DNA of 64,000 nucleotides. Origin: Haliotis rufescens (Eukaryota). Below the pieces are notes generated by a model. That model saw only the letters and a list, made by a program, of their open reading frames with translations, searched no databases and was not told where the DNA came from. Each line of letters starts with the position of its first letter. Position 1 is the first letter of the stretch. The stretch lies in NCBI RefSeq assembly GCF_023055435.1, contig NW_025963779.1, positions 50,282,001 through 50,346,000 of the forward strand, written 5' to 3'. Positions 53,201 to 64,000 of the stretch are shown here, piece by piece. The position numbers were made by a program, and so were the translations under genes.

Positions 53201-55983
53201 GGTTTGCTTCCACAATAAATCTCATCCTACCGGGTACCATTGTTTCAGTGGGAGGCAGAATCGAAGCTCGCAGGAGTACCGCTGGCTGAGAGCAACCTCC
53301 ATGCACCTATTCTTCATTGACTAATTTATAATCAATACATGTACGTAAACATATAATCTAAACTGTATCATAGGTGCAATTCATAAACTTCACGGGCGGT
53401 CGGGTAGCTTAGTGGTTAAACCGTTCTCTCGGGTTCGTTTCCCGACATGGGTACAGTGTGTGAAGCCCATTTCTGGTGTCCACCGCCGTGATATTGCTGG
53501 AATATTGCTCAAAGCGGCATAAAACCATACACCCTCACTCATTAAGGTTCACGCGACAAATGAACGAAATAATGCGATCAATTAAAACAATTATGCGATC
53601 CAAACTGATCATTTATCACAAAAAATCAGGCAATTAATCATTAATTATTTTATGCCGAAATGAAGAAAAATCGTGAAACAAGGGGATTAATTAGTTATCA
53701 TACCTGCACATGATGATGATATTATCAAAGGATACATACGTTGTAATCCTTTAAACAAGAACTCAATTGTACATTCCAGCCACGTGTGCAATAGCCCATC
53801 CTTGGGAAGGGTTGTTGATCGGAGTAGTTGGGGCATGTCTCACAATACTTGGTATCATCGTCCTCGAGAAGCTCAAGATTGATGACCCTGTTGGTAAGAG
53901 TCTAAGAACTTAATATCTATCATATATCTCACCCTGCTATGCGCCATGATTTAGTTAGTTTTCTATCGCTGTGAAAAAGCTTCCATCACACTTCCTGAAG
54001 AAACTCATGACCCCGGGTAACAGGGATTATATTTTTAAAATTCATTTTATATCCCCATCTCATTATGTGTCTGTAGGCATTGAAATGAATCATGTTGTAT
54101 TGCTCAATTAATTTAATCGTCTCTTGGCAGTGCGAATACGTTCATTGACGTATGACATGTTTTAATTGTCATTGGGATATTCCGTTTATATGACCTCGAG
54201 TTATATGCATGAAGTAACGTAATTCCTCTGTCAAACTTAATTCCTCTTTGTTATACAATCTTAGACTCCTTTGTACCCATAGAAGTGTCTTCCTAAACAG
54301 GAACAAAAGAAAAACAAATGTCACCACGCACGACTTATATCTTTATGAAAATGGTGAATTCTGAGTGGGCGACAAGCAACCGCCATCTGAGAAATTGCGC
54401 ATTACCTGTCTTGCAGGCTGTGTTGGAGTCCACGCTGTGGGCGGTGTATGGAGCCTGCTCGCGGCAGGGTTTTTGTCGAGAAAGGACTCATTTGCAAGCG
54501 AACTTCAACTTCACAACGTGCACGATGGTGTCCTCGCTGTAAGAGTTAAACACTAATGTTGATTTTAGTATGTTTCTATCAGTTTATGTTTACCAACAGT
54601 GATACGCTTCCGATTAAAATTTTAAAATACCCTTTACAGATCCGACGTTTGGTTCTATTATATTTAAGAATGGAAATAAATGTTAATTGTAAAGACTTCA
54701 GTTTTCAAAAAATGAATGCAATCTGTTTTTCACTTTATTAAGAAAGATACATATAACCAAACAAACGGTTGCTTGTTTATACTGAAAGGTGTGCTGAACG
54801 AGTAGTCGTAATGGAAATGGTTCTATCGCTTTTATTATATTCATTGTCAATAGAAATCTGACACTATGTCAATGCCCTCACATGAGCTTATCTGAAACAC
54901 ATGTAGGCATATTAACTGACCCTTATTGCATTATCAGCCTATGTTATTTAGATGAACCAAGGGGCATGTTAGGTGATACTAAATCCAGATGATTACCTTT
55001 ATCGACAGTTGTTATCAACATCTGCCATTCACGAGGCGAAGCAGAAAAGAGTGGCACTGATTTGAACTCATGCTCGAAATCTTCCTCGGCAATGAAATGA
55101 ATAGTCTACACAGTGCCAGAACGGATAAGTGGCAATTTGATAAAGAAACATGTTCATGTTATTATGCATGTCGAAAGCAATGTATGCCAAATTAAACGTA
55201 CACAGATTAACCATTTAAATGCTTATACGTTTAGTGTAATTCAAATATGCAATGTGTTGCGTCAATTGATTTAAGTTTCTCCTTTGTTTACAGGGCGGAG
55301 GTTTTCACCAGCTTGGCATTCAAACTCTTGCTGTAGTCGTTTTGATCGGATGGTCTTTTGTGACCTCATTTATATTTCTGAAAATAATTGACATGGTTAT
55401 TGGTCTTCGGGTCCCTTTATGTGAAGAGATACTAGGGGCTGATATGATCGAACACGGGATTGGTGAGGCTACCTACGACAAGAAAACAAAGAAGGTTGTG
55501 TATGATGACGAGGAGGATTTCCTTGTAGGCCGGGCCAGTGGTCAACGTACGCATAGCCTCGGTAAACATACAGACCAATGCTACAAGAGATACCAAGCAC
55601 ATTACCAGATGCACAAGAGGCGCCTTCTCAAAAGATTCCACTTCTACATGAAAGGTCGTCTATGGAAGACTCATAAACTAGATCCAGATGACAAACCCTG
55701 CGATCAAGGGCAGGCATATTCTAACGACAGTGATGGCGTTCCTAGGGCCATAGGGGACCAGTACGATGGTTTCTTGTATGAAGACTTTGGACATTCAGAC
55801 AGTAAAATGAACGGCAGATTTCACTATAACACGCCGAGGCAGGAGTCAGATATGAACTGTTACAGCATGTGGATCGACGGGCCCAGGGAAACACAGAGGG
55901 ACAAGAGGACGGAAGGTACACCACAGGCACTTCATTCAGATCATGCTGTTCGTTCCAAGATGCCTGAAATGACGTACATTTGA
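24280..55983 (+). CDS. Amt: Ammonium transporter (Amt/Mep family) paralogue B, complete; exon 1a 24280-24442 or 1b 25182-25305, then 42063-42329, 43784-44066, 44364-44435, 46519-46578, 49561-49637, 53780-53893, 54417-54538, 55294-55983 (615 or 602 aa)
   Basis: GT-AG introns with consistent phases give one open frame. It contains both pore His (GPVHLVGG, VGVHAVGG), FQASF, WLGFNCGS, KIDDPVG and the C-terminal GLRV..EE..G.D..EHG motif. Confidence 0.93.
25075..25153 (+). promoter_or_regulatory. Possible core promoter for exon 1b (CCAAT plus TATA-like box)
   Basis: GGCCAATC at 25073-25080 and TATAAGA at 25147-25153, upstream of ATG 25182; motif-only evidence in AT-rich DNA. Confidence 0.25.
25182..25305 (+). 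CDS. Amt: Amt B candidate first exon 1b (MDNCSTTK...SDSIWILTSTFVIFTMQS)
   Basis: ATG 25182, TM1 motif, phase-1 donor TCA G|GTCGGT. Confidence 0.78.
26147..26210. repeat. (TG)n microsatellite
   Basis: Direct reading. Confidence 0.97.
28572..29020. mobile_element. Divergent inverted pair of family B copies (28572-28838 minus, 28843-29020 plus)
   Basis: Family consensus on both strands, adjacent. Confidence 0.8.
32296..32355. mobile_element. About 60-bp remnant made of both ends of the 18043-19332 Tc1 family
   Basis: TGAACCGCAAAAGAAACGTCACCATGGATAGATAT matches the right end of the 18-19 kb Tc1 at 32/35 positions, followed by GTTCAGTA-TA. Confidence 0.6.
32820..34200 (-). mobile_element. Decayed non-LTR retrotransposon RT fragment (I/jockey-like)
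   Basis: AVIPLLKQGKDVSLPNSYRPISLTS, TPQGSII, IMINDL, IFADDGAI in broken frames. Confidence 0.8.
33115..33323 (+). mobile_element. 5'-truncated RTE-clade LINE 3' end nested in the LINE above
   Basis: Across frameshifts reads ..ITRQALSWNP.GKRKRGR.RNTWRRDLEAD..MGHTWKQLERAAQDRGLWR; (TAAC)n tail; TSD TAACTTTG(G/T)GGGT at 33102-33114 and 33324-33336. Confidence 0.8.
34217..35660 (+). mobile_element. Ty3/Gypsy (Mag-like) LTR retrotransposon relic: short LTR, PBS and gag fragment
   Basis: TGTAAC..AACA LTR-like stretch; PBS-like TGGTGTCAGATGTGG at 34380; gag-like ORF 35245-35559 (PPKLDL..NYRIFKRIWGNYELAS..ASLLTFIGSEALDI). Confidence 0.65.
35667..36100 (+). mobile_element. Two tandem SINE-like family B copies (non-tRNA head, AAAC tail); other copies at about 1550-1703, 6696-6900, 9438-9620, 11609-11817(-), 37063-37155(-), 43441-43500(-), 48049-48205(-)
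   Basis: Shared consensus GAAGATCCGGGGTAGAATAGGTCTTCAGCAACCCATGCTTGTCGTAAGAGGCGACTAACGGGATCGGGTGGTCAGGCTCGCTGAC..GGAATATTGCTGAGTGCGGCGTTAAACAAC. Confidence 0.85.
38284..38405 (+). mobile_element. One end of a pogo/Tigger-like element
   Basis: TA-CAGTAAAC followed by repeated TATAACGAA motifs; partner end not located. Confidence 0.4.
42063..42329 (+). CDS. Amt: Amt B exon 2
   Basis: Acceptor ttattacag|GG; GFGLLESGSVSSKNEVNIMVKN...FQASFATTATTIVS; donor G|GTAAC; 267 nt. Confidence 0.94.
42448..42805. mobile_element. Tail-to-tail pair of SINE family A (42448-42596 plus, 42624-42805 minus)
   Basis: The minus copy has TSD CATATGTGA(T/C)GGA at 42611-42623 and 42806-42818. Confidence 0.8.
43784..44066 (+). 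CDS. Amt: Amt B exon 3
   Basis: Acceptor catcccag|GC; GAMAERTKL...DIAGAGPVHLVGG...MFMLW; donor TG|GTAAG. Confidence 0.94.
44364..44435 (+). CDS. Amt: Amt B exon 4
   Basis: Acceptor gtttaag|G; WGWLGFNCGSTFGISGLKWKLAA; donor AG|GTACT. Confidence 0.92.
44412..44783 (+). repeat. About 170-bp tandem duplication (2.2 copies) of the exon 4 3' end, donor and intron start
   Basis: GTTGAAGTGGAAGTTGGCAGCCAGGTACTGTAC recurs at 44412, 44582 and (diverged) 44751. Confidence 0.9.
46519..46578 (+). CDS. Amt: Amt B exon 5
   Basis: Acceptor tattacag|A; RSAVSTICASTSGGIVGLLLS; donor AG|GTATT. Confidence 0.87.
47560..47710 (+). mobile_element. tRNA-derived SINE family A with (CACT)n tail; other copies at about 15029-15136(-), 23086-23172(-), 34934-35025, 53394-53540, 61552-61713
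   Basis: Pol III A box (TAGCCTAGTG.TT) and B box (GGTTYGA.TCC); shared body ATGGGTACAATGTGTGAAGCCCATTTCTGGTGTCCCCCGCCGTGATATTGCTGGAATATTGC. Confidence 0.85.
49025..49285 (+). mobile_element. SINE-like family B, full length
   Basis: Family consensus with AAAC-rich tail. Confidence 0.85.
49561..49637 (+). CDS. Amt: Amt B exon 6
   Basis: Acceptor tgtttcag|C; YIVKKRQFDVGYLINSILGSLVAIT; donor G|GTGAG. Confidence 0.9.
51234..52753 (+). mobile_element. Full-length Tc1-family DNA transposon in Amt B intron 6
   Basis: 26-bp TIRs TA(A/C)TCTTCAAAAAAAGAAACTTGACA with one mismatch; TA target duplication at 51232-33 and 52754-55; 1520 bp. Confidence 0.95.
51553..52560 (+). CDS. Tc1 transposase, uninterrupted ORF (335 aa from MPRLNAAQ)
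   Basis: Paired-like HTH N-terminus, GRPR hook, catalytic FTDESRF / QQDNAPPH / SPDLSPIEHLW with D-34-E spacing. Confidence 0.92.
   Translation: MPRLNAAQRNNAIGRLQAGATQQEVARHFGVSRQTISALLTRYNNTNRVDNRPRSGRPRLTTQVQDRYIRLRHLRDRTTTATSTITQIPGVRRISDQTVRNRLREAGLFARRPVRRHVLTPRNLADRLLWCQQRVRWACARWRSVLFTDESRFLLTRADGRARVYRRRGERYAPNCVQQVVPFGRGSVSVWAGIHHGGRTPLVHVAGALTGVRYRDLILQPYVLPHVNVHGGQFQQDNAPPHIARVCQDFLQHNNIQTLPWPARSPDLSPIEHLWDELDRCVRRRNPPPQTLPALLGALQHEWQHIQQRVIDNLIASICRQCQAVIDARGWHNRY
53780..53893 (+). CDS. Amt: Amt B exon 7
   Basis: Acceptor cattccag|CC; ATCAIAHPWEGLLIG...LEKLKIDDPV; donor G|GTAAG. Confidence 0.92.
54417..54538 (+). CDS. Amt: Amt B exon 8
   Basis: Acceptor tcttgcag|GC; GCVGVHAVGGVWSLLAAGF (second pore His); donor GCT|GTAAG. 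Confidence 0.9.
55294..55983 (+). CDS. Amt: Amt B terminal coding exon 9 (TM11 plus long cytoplasmic tail)
   Basis: Acceptor tgtttacag|GGC; GGGFHQLGIQ...GLRVPLCEEILGADMIEHG...EMTYI*; in frame with ORF 55342-55983. Confidence 0.9.
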   Translation, partial: GGGFHQLGIQTLAVVVLIGWSFVTSFIFLKIIDMVIGLRVPLCEEILGADMIEHGIGEATYDKKTKKVVYDDEEDFLVGRASGQRTHSLGKHTDQCYKRYQAHYQMHKRRLLKRFHFYMKGRLWKTHKLDPDDKPCDQGQAYSNDSDGVPRAIGDQYDGFLYEDFGHSDSKMNGRFHYNTPRQESDMNCYSMWIDGPRETQRDKRTEGTPQALHSDHAVRSKMPEMTYI

Positions 55984-56733
55984 CTGCCTTTCTTTGTGGT
56001 AGCTTTGGTATTGCCTTGTGCTTGGCCCTGATTGACATTTGTGACAAATGAGGGCCCGTCCTTATACGACTGCAGCATAATTTATACTTACTGTTAATAC
56101 GCATGTTGTCTTTGCGTATGTAGGCTAATCCAAACAGTGATCATAACTTTTTCAGACCAAATATATATTATTCAGTTGAGAATTATAGTCACATCAGCAA
56201 TATTTTAGTTATATCGCGACGTTTTATTACATTAATAATTCATTTATTTAAAGGCTATAAATCTCGTTGACAAAGGACAGTAATGAGATTATCACATATA
56301 TAGATATGAAACTAGTATGCAACCACAGAAATTGGACTATTCATAACAAGACTTTATAACAATAGGCTTTTGTAACTAAAGGCCACCACACTTTGCACCA
56401 TGGGAACTTACGGTACATCAGCTTCCTGCATTGTACCCCAGCCGGATTCTGTACTTTTAGATATTTGATACGTATAATATGATATTTTATACCATGTACA
56501 TAATAGTACATATGAAGTACCTTTATAAATAGTGAGTGAGTGAGTTTGGTATAACACCGCTTTGAACAGAAAATGTCAGTTCTGTCACGGCGTGTCAGCT
56601 TGTTGTGGAAGGAAAGCTCGAATTGGTGCAGGTCTCAGACGTTTGGTGCTGACAAACCTAGAAACATCATCAGAGTGAACCTGGCATCTCCACGAACATA
56701 ATATGTGACCAACACATCTCCACGAACATAATA

Positions 56734-57104
56734 TGTGACCAACCACGAGATAAGGGACATTATGGGTATAAAAAAATATATCACATTTTGCCTTCTCATT
56801 ATTTTTTAAAACTTCACGATCTTATATTAGGAACACGAAAATACAACTCACATGGCATCGCATTGTTTAAGTAATAATTGCAGTATTTAGATATTATGTT
56901 TGATTTTTATGCTTTAATGCTGAAAGGTTTTGAAATAATGGTTTTATTACATTACGAACTAACGAGAGTAAAATTCGGATATTTCTCTGTAGTCTGCACA
57001 CATGGCGATTTTTACTGCAGTACGTTGACGTCAAACGTCTTTATGACGTCACAGCAGAATTCTTTCGTAACACCATAAGGTCCATTTTTTCCTGGTGGGT
57101 CACA
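56734..57104. mobile_element. Non-autonomous TIR element (MITE) splitting a SINE
   Basis: About 32-bp imperfect TIRs TGTGACC.ACCA.GA.A.AA.GGAC.TTATGG; SINE-C halves lie on each side. Confidence 0.55.
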
Positions 57105-57572
57105 GGCAATACTAAGGGACGCAACTCCGACACATAGCGAACTGCCCTATTATGAGTAATAGATTCGGAAAAGGTCAGGAAAATGATGTGTTGTAAATGG
57201 CTCCTCATTTCACAGAAAACTTGCGTGTTTTAAAACAGTGACCGAAACACAGAATGCTAAATGGTAGTACTTTAATAGCAATAACCCTATCAAATGTTGT
57301 ACAGTATATAAACGTTATGATTAATGGTCATAGTCGTCTCATTGTAATGGCTTTACAGTTTTAAACATATACGCTGAGTCAAATGTTGAACAGCTTTAAT
57401 TACATCTAAACTTATATTGTTAATTTTTTTTCGTACTCAGCTATAGTGGTAACATGTATAATTATCGTTAGATAATAATCATAGATGAATAATATAATCA
57501 ACAGTTTGAAGATACATGAAGTCGTGTCTACAATATTATGCCTCACACAGCGGTTTTGCAGCACTATCGACA

Positions 57573-57627
<55 letters not shown>

Positions 57628-58689
57628 TATATTATATATAATTAATTAATTAAGGCAATCGATAATAGAATGTTCGTTAAAAGCACCAGCAAATATTAGT
57701 TGTCGCAGAAATGATGGGTTCATAAACTGTTCAACGTTTATAACTATGCTCTACTGTACACAGATTGTGTAAAACTTTGTGAATTGTATCTGGTAGTTTG
57801 GCATTCTTGAATTAAATCATATATTGGCTGTTTCTTTTTTAAGTATTGATATTTAGAATGCTACTGTGGATAACGTTTATACTAATGCAGCTGTGAATAG
57901 AGCCACAGTTCTTTAATTGCAAATGCTTGCTAGCTCGGCACCAATGGGGTCTTAATTAATGGCTGACCGAAGATGAAGAGTGTTTATATACCAACAATCT
58001 CATCCTAACCGACAACGTACAAGAACGTGTGTTATCTGTAGATACTGCGTTTACACAGGGACTAAGTGAGGAACACCTGTCACTGTCATGCAATCTCACT
58101 TTAGTTTGATACACTGTCCAATGAGAATACGTTTGCTTTGTAAGTTTGTTACCTGCAAGCATCTTGAAATAAATATTATGAGTGTTTCCAAATTCCTCAC
58201 CCATATGCATGTACAACCACTCCATGGTATTATTGATTGTGTAACATGTGTTAAAATTATATCAGATAAATGGAATATATAGCATATGATATTTTATACA
58301 TTTATACACTCCTGCCAGGCGCCTGCACAATGATAAAACAATTCTCATCTGTGTGATATACTGAAACCCTACGTTATCTGTCAAATCAAACGTGTCCCGA
58401 CAGTTACAAATATCCTGGCATCTGTTATAAATCACTTATTCGCCTGTGCAGCTGTCACTCTATTCGTTAGGCAAACAATTACGGGCGTGAGAACAGACAG
58501 GTATCTGGTTGAGCTCAACAATCCGTATAATATGTGTAGATGATATGGATTTCATATTGTAAAATATGATCAAACATGTAAATTTCGTCCGCAAAACTGA
58601 CATACAGGAAACTGGCACACACACGCAGAGACAGAAACACACATGCACACGAACACACTATGAATCCTAAGCAGTACCTCACAGACCCG

Positions 58690-58970
58690 TTGGTGAGCCA
58701 GGTGATTGGGTATTGGGTATTGGAAGTTTACAACCCACCATAATCGAAGATAGCTCAGCTATATCATATCTCCGATTTGCTCTTAAGTACCTATCAGTAG
58801 GAAATTGAGAAATGTAGACTTCGCAAGATGGGGCCGATAGCACATTGAACGACATGATTGGATAATTCACGATTTGAAAATCGAAAGCATCACTCTTGTC
58901 ATACAGCTTGGTACAGAGGCTGCCATCATTTTGAATTTCTGTACAAAGATCCAGGGAGCACGGGTCGTCA
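58690..58970 (-). mobile_element. Penelope-like RT C-terminal fragment
   Basis: SLDLCTEIQNDGSLCTKLYDKSDAFDFQIVNYP..NVLSAPSCEVYISQ resembles the PLE thumb motif (TKLYDKRDDF.F.IVNFP...YISQ). Confidence 0.65.
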
Positions 58971-59930
58971 AATTGTCTAAGGAACCGCAACTTGCTGTGC
59001 AGGGTTGCATCCCTTGGAAACGCCCAAATCCTATGATTGTGGTTTCGAATCATGTTTCGTCCCGATGATTGTTCAAGGTTTGTCAGCACCACATATGTGA
59101 CCGTGGGTTTCACAAAGGTAGTAAATGTGTGAGACCTACATCACTTGGGGATTTCCTCCCAGATTAAGCTGACATTCCATGACATAACTGGAATACTATT
59201 TACAACGGCGTTAAACCCAACTCACTCACAGATACAGATACTACACTAAAAGTATTAGGAACTTTGAACAAAGGCTGTATCACATCTGCTCTGGTATAAC
59301 AATGTGTACACTGACGATACGAAGAAGCTTATTGTTGTATAAAACGGTGTTAGCTCTCTGAAAAAATAAATCTGATTATCATGATTATTTGATTTCGAAT
59401 CAAAAGATGCAGATTTTCCCTTTATACGGATTGGGGACTCGAACCTTGCCATCCACATTCCCGTCTTTACATTTAAATTTGGTGGTCGCATAATGTTTAC
59501 TGATAACTGCAAGGGTAAAATATGAAAGGGCTGTTTCGAATTTTTGCTAAACAAATGATTTACCACGTGACGTGATAGAAGTCCTTTCACAAAAACCCCT
59601 AAAGTTTTTCTTCAATAATCACTTTACTTTAATTCCTGTTGTGACGACATCGTCACAGCCAGAGAAGTACTCCTACATACACGTAGAAGATGAAATGTTG
59701 AATAAATGTACAAGTTAACATAGATGCAGAATATAAATTATACTATTGATATATTCCTTTTGTCTGATATCAGCCCGTTCGTCGGCGTCATCAGTGTACG
59801 TATGCAAATGTGAGTAATAGATTCAAGGTTGTAAATGTATCATATCGGCATGTGTTTTAAATTGTCACGTCCCTCTTGGTGCACTGTCTACGTACATAAT
59901 TTACATAACATTTTATATATCATCACATTA

Positions 59931-60894
59931 CACATCAAACCTAGACCATATGGAATACATTCACCACATCAAACCTAGATCACATGTAATACATTCACCA
60001 CAACAAACCTAGACCATATTGAAAACATTCACCACATCAAACCTAGATCACATGAAATACATTCACCACATCAAACCTAGATCACATGAAATACATTCAC
60101 CACATCAAACCTAGATCACATGAAATACATTCACCACATCAAACCTAGATCACATGTAAAACATTCACCACATGAAAACTAGACCGTATGGTATACATTC
60201 ATCACATCAAACCTAGATCACATGAAATACATTCACCACATCAAACCTAGATCACATGTAAAACATTCACCACATCAAACCTAGATCACATGTAAAACAT
60301 TCACCACATCAAACCTAGACCATATGGTATACATTCATCACATCAAACCTAGATCACATGAAATACATTCACCACATCAAACCTAGATCACATGAAATTC
60401 CATTCACCACATCAAACCTAGATCACATGTAATACATTCACCACATCAAATCTAGATCACATGTAATATATTCACAACATCAAACTGAGACCATATGGTA
60501 TACATTCATCACATCAAATCTAGATCACATGAAATACATTCACCGCATCAAACCTAGATCACATGAAATACATTCACCACATCAAACCTAGATCACATGT
60601 AATACATTCACCACATCAAATCTAGACCATATGGTATACATTCATCACATTAAACCTAGATCACATGTAATACATTCACCACATCAAACCGAGGCCATAT
60701 GGTATACATTCATCACATCAAACCTAGATCACATGAAATACATTCACCACATCAAACCTAGATCACATGAAATACATTCACCACATCAAACCTAGATCTC
60801 ATGTAACTCATTCACTACATCAAACCTAGACCATATGGTATACATTCATCACATCAAACCTAGATCACTTGTAATACATTCATCACATCAAACC
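59931..60894. repeat. 34-bp minisatellite (about 28 copies, two interspersed variants)
   Basis: Unit CACATCAAACCTAGATCACATGAAATACATTCAC; period 34 (60067 and 60101); variant ..GACCATATGGTATACATTCAT. Confidence 0.97.
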
Positions 60895-62185
60895 TTGAAT
60901 AAATAATTCCCCCACTCAAGAGAAATGCCAAATGAGATTGCTATTCAAATAGACATATCGGAATATACATGTCAGAGGTGTTTGTTTTGTGTATATTCTT
61001 TGTCTAGTGCATAACAATGTATAACAAGGGTTTTTGCATAATAAGCAAAAAGCGTCATTTCTTTTTTTTGCATATGAACTGAACATTGTACAACTTTGGA
61101 AGTGTCGAACGTTGTTTTTTCAGACGATTACTGACTATGTCGTCTTACTGAGTTGCGTACACCAGGTAAATGACTCAGGATAGCTGTTAGACCTCAGTTG
61201 GCAATGTGTGACAGCGTGGCAAAGTCACACCCTTGTGCTCCTTACAATGTTTGCAAGTTATTAAGAAGTAAATTATCTTTTTAAAAGTTCGTCAAATCTA
61301 AGTGTTCTAGTTAAAAGAGATCAATTCAGCCGGCAACGACAGTCCTTGAATCACTTCACGTTCGTGATTGGCAGCTAAATATAAATATGAGTCCCAGTGG
61401 CTTCGGCTCATTCTCATTCTTAAAACAACATTCGGCGTAAAATTAAAACAACGCACGAGAATTGTCGCCATTACCGATTCTTGAAACAACACCAACAGGT
61501 CAATTCCAGCTCATATCTCACAATAGAATTCTGACACATCATACAGAAACCGGGCGGAGGGGTAGACCAGTGGTTAAAGCGTTCACACTTCATACCGAAG
61601 ACCCAGTTCGATTCCCCACAGGAGTACAATGTGTTAAGACACATTTCTGGTGTCCCCCGCCGTGACATTACTGGAATATTGCTGAACGTGGCGTAAAACC
61701 AAACCCACTCACTGGTATATATATGTTTGAAATTTCCGGATTATTTTGCAAAGTAATATATACACATGTGGTCTTCCAAACTAAAGACCTATACACATGT
61801 AGGTCAACTTGAGGTTAGTGTCTATGCTCTTTTTCAGTCAAGGAATCTTTACATATATAATATATCTCAAATAAATACGTTATAGCAGTTATGCTATCCA
61901 GTGCAGCTATTTTACGATAACATATTGTCATATTGATTGAAGTACATTGCGCGTAGTGGGTCGCTGCAAGTGGTAATTGCTTGCCGCTATTTCCTGCCAG
62001 ATCTTACACTGAGTACACAATATGCTGTTATCTATCATGTGTGTGAATAAGTGTAAGTAAGCATTATACATAATAAAATGACGTATATTATGATATACCT
62101 TAGGATAACAGTGTAAATTTGAATACATTTTCGAAATCACACGCTCATCCTTCATGGATTAAAAAATCACTTTCAGTGTTTGTGA

Positions 62186-62359
62186 GTGAGTGAGTGATAG
62201 AGTGAGTATGGATTTACGCCGCTGCTTTTAACAATAGTCCAGCAATATCACGGCGGGGGACACCAGAAATGGGCTTCACACATTGTACCATGCCGGGAAT
62301 CGAACCCGGGTCTTCGGCGTGACGACGCACGCTCACCCACTAGGCTTCCCTTCCGCCCA
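62186..62359 (-). mobile_element. SINE family A, full length
   Basis: Perfect 13-bp TSD TCAGTGTTTGTGA at 62173-62185 and 62360-62372. Confidence 0.88.
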
Positions 62360-63529
62360 TCAGTGTTTGTGAACCTATCTAGACTGAAGAACATGACATA
62401 ACTACGGATGTCACTAAACACCTTACTTCACATGCACAATAAAACACCTGCAGGTACCTCGGCTTTAATTTTCGAAGAATTATTTTTATTCTATGAGTAG
62501 TTTTGGACAACAAATTAAATATTCTTCAAAAACAATATGCTTTATAATTTTATTTCTCTTATTGCGTCAAATTATCATTTAACCTCTTTGTTTCCAGAAT
62601 ATCACGGCATCTTCTAAAAGATTAAATGAATTGTGATAATATATTGTGCGCAGGTTCCATTCAATAAGATACATGCCAAGTATTGGGTAGGGAATACACT
62701 GTCCTCGTAAGTTTTGGAACGACGTAATTTCCAAATTGAAATGCAGAGGTTCATCCAGAAATCGGTTTGCAAAGATCTAAATTGTGAAATCAGTACCTAA
62801 TAGGTCAAATACGTGACAGCAGCAATAAGTAACATGCAATAGAATTGATGCAAGTTGAGTCACTGTTTAGTCCCAAATAGTGTTGGAAGCTCGCAGGAAT
62901 TTTATGTTTTCAGAGGGGTATCAAACCACACAAGGGTTAGTAAACGCCCTCTTGTCGCTCTTGTATGTAGGTCCCGCCAAGCTGATAACCCAAATTACAG
63001 TACAAAACATCATTGAATGCTCCACTCGACGCCTTTGTTCACATCGGTTCAAATCTGGTCATGACATATTTTACACTAGCATTTCAATCATTCACTGACA
63101 ACCACACTAAAACCTTTTGCACATTACACCCTCACTCTTCATGAGAAGAACGTTTGAATGATGTGAAACCTCCTTTAAAATGGATAACACCAACGAGAAA
63201 GTAGACATAAGATACTCTGTTAAAGGACAAAAATACATGCTATCTGCATAATGAGCAGTTCCTAAATACACATGAAATATGACGAGGAAACATTCTAGCC
63301 TTGTGGGGAATCGAATCCGGGCTTTCGACGTGACGAGCTACACACCGCTCCAACATGTAAAATATAGACTGGCCAAATCACGTTACTGACCTAAGATGCT
63401 TCGCTAAAAGATCAAAGGCACCGGGGGTACACTGTGCGAGTTACAGCATAATGGACAGCTATAGGTTGACCACCGAAAAAAGTGACGACACCAGGCGCCC
63501 CGAAAAGGGTAAACACACCCTGCTGCATC

Positions 63530-63799
63530 GGTTGTTGGTTGGTTTGTTGTTTAACGCCACACTCAGCAATATTCCAGCTATATGACGGCGGTCAGTATAT
63601 AATCGAGTCTGCACCAGACAGTCCAGTGATTGACATCATGAGCATCGATCCACACAAATGGGATTCGATTACATGCATCAATCAAGTCAGTGAGCCTGAC
63701 CGCCCGATCCCGTTAGTCGCCTCCTACGACAAGAAAAGTCGCCTTTTATGGCACGCATTGGTTGCTTAAGACCCATCTGCCCCGGATCTTCACGGGTCC
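63530..63799 (-). mobile_element. SINE-like family B, full length
   Basis: Family consensus on the minus strand. Confidence 0.85.
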
Positions 63800-64000
63800 C
63801 GCCGAATCGGCAGCACCCTCTATTCGCACAACCTGCATAAATAACCAAGTGCCCATCCGTCGCCCGTGAATGAATCATTCAAGTTACAGTTAATCTTTAA
63901 CTGTTGCATGACGAAATTTAACAAAGTTTTACATTGTTTGCTAATTTGCACGCATCAGTCGAAGAGTCAATTTACCTTGCTACACATTTTTTGTTTTATT

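Noticed and set aside
59762-59800. CTGATGA-containing hammerhead-like motif on the minus strand
   Set aside because: The GAAA half of the core is missing; too degenerate to call.
59931-60894. CRISPR-like appearance of 34-bp repeats
   Set aside because: Units are contiguous with no unique spacers, there are no cas genes, and the context is eukaryotic.

Overview
AT-rich, repeat-dense animal genomic DNA (probably a marine invertebrate such as a mollusc; this is inference from the repeat types) with three small N gaps. It holds two spliced ammonium-transporter (Amt/Mep family) paralogues arranged head-to-head. Gene A is on the minus strand, with ATG at 11003 and seven coding exons down to 440; it runs off the left edge of the window. 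Gene B is on the plus strand and complete: nine coding exons ending at TGA 55983, about 602-615 aa, with two candidate alternative first coding exons (24280-24442 and 25182-25305). Introns and the intergenic region contain three Tc1 elements (one with an intact DD34E ORF), Penelope-like fragments carrying hammerhead ribozyme motifs, LINE relics (RTE, L2, I-like), a Gypsy relic, MITEs, at least four SINE-like families and two minisatellites (42 bp and 34 bp). The most notable observations are four. (1) A non-tRNA SINE-like family has a 5' head that folds into a four-stem pseudoknotted RNA with compensatory changes between copies, a candidate ribozyme. (2) Minimal dimer-type hammerheads lie on the sense strand of gene A intron 1. 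(3) Gene B has duplicated first exons encoding alternative N-termini and TM1. (4) A SINE insertion's target-site duplication rebuilt a splice donor of gene A. All gene models were read by eye from splice sites, phases and homology; none is transcript-verified.
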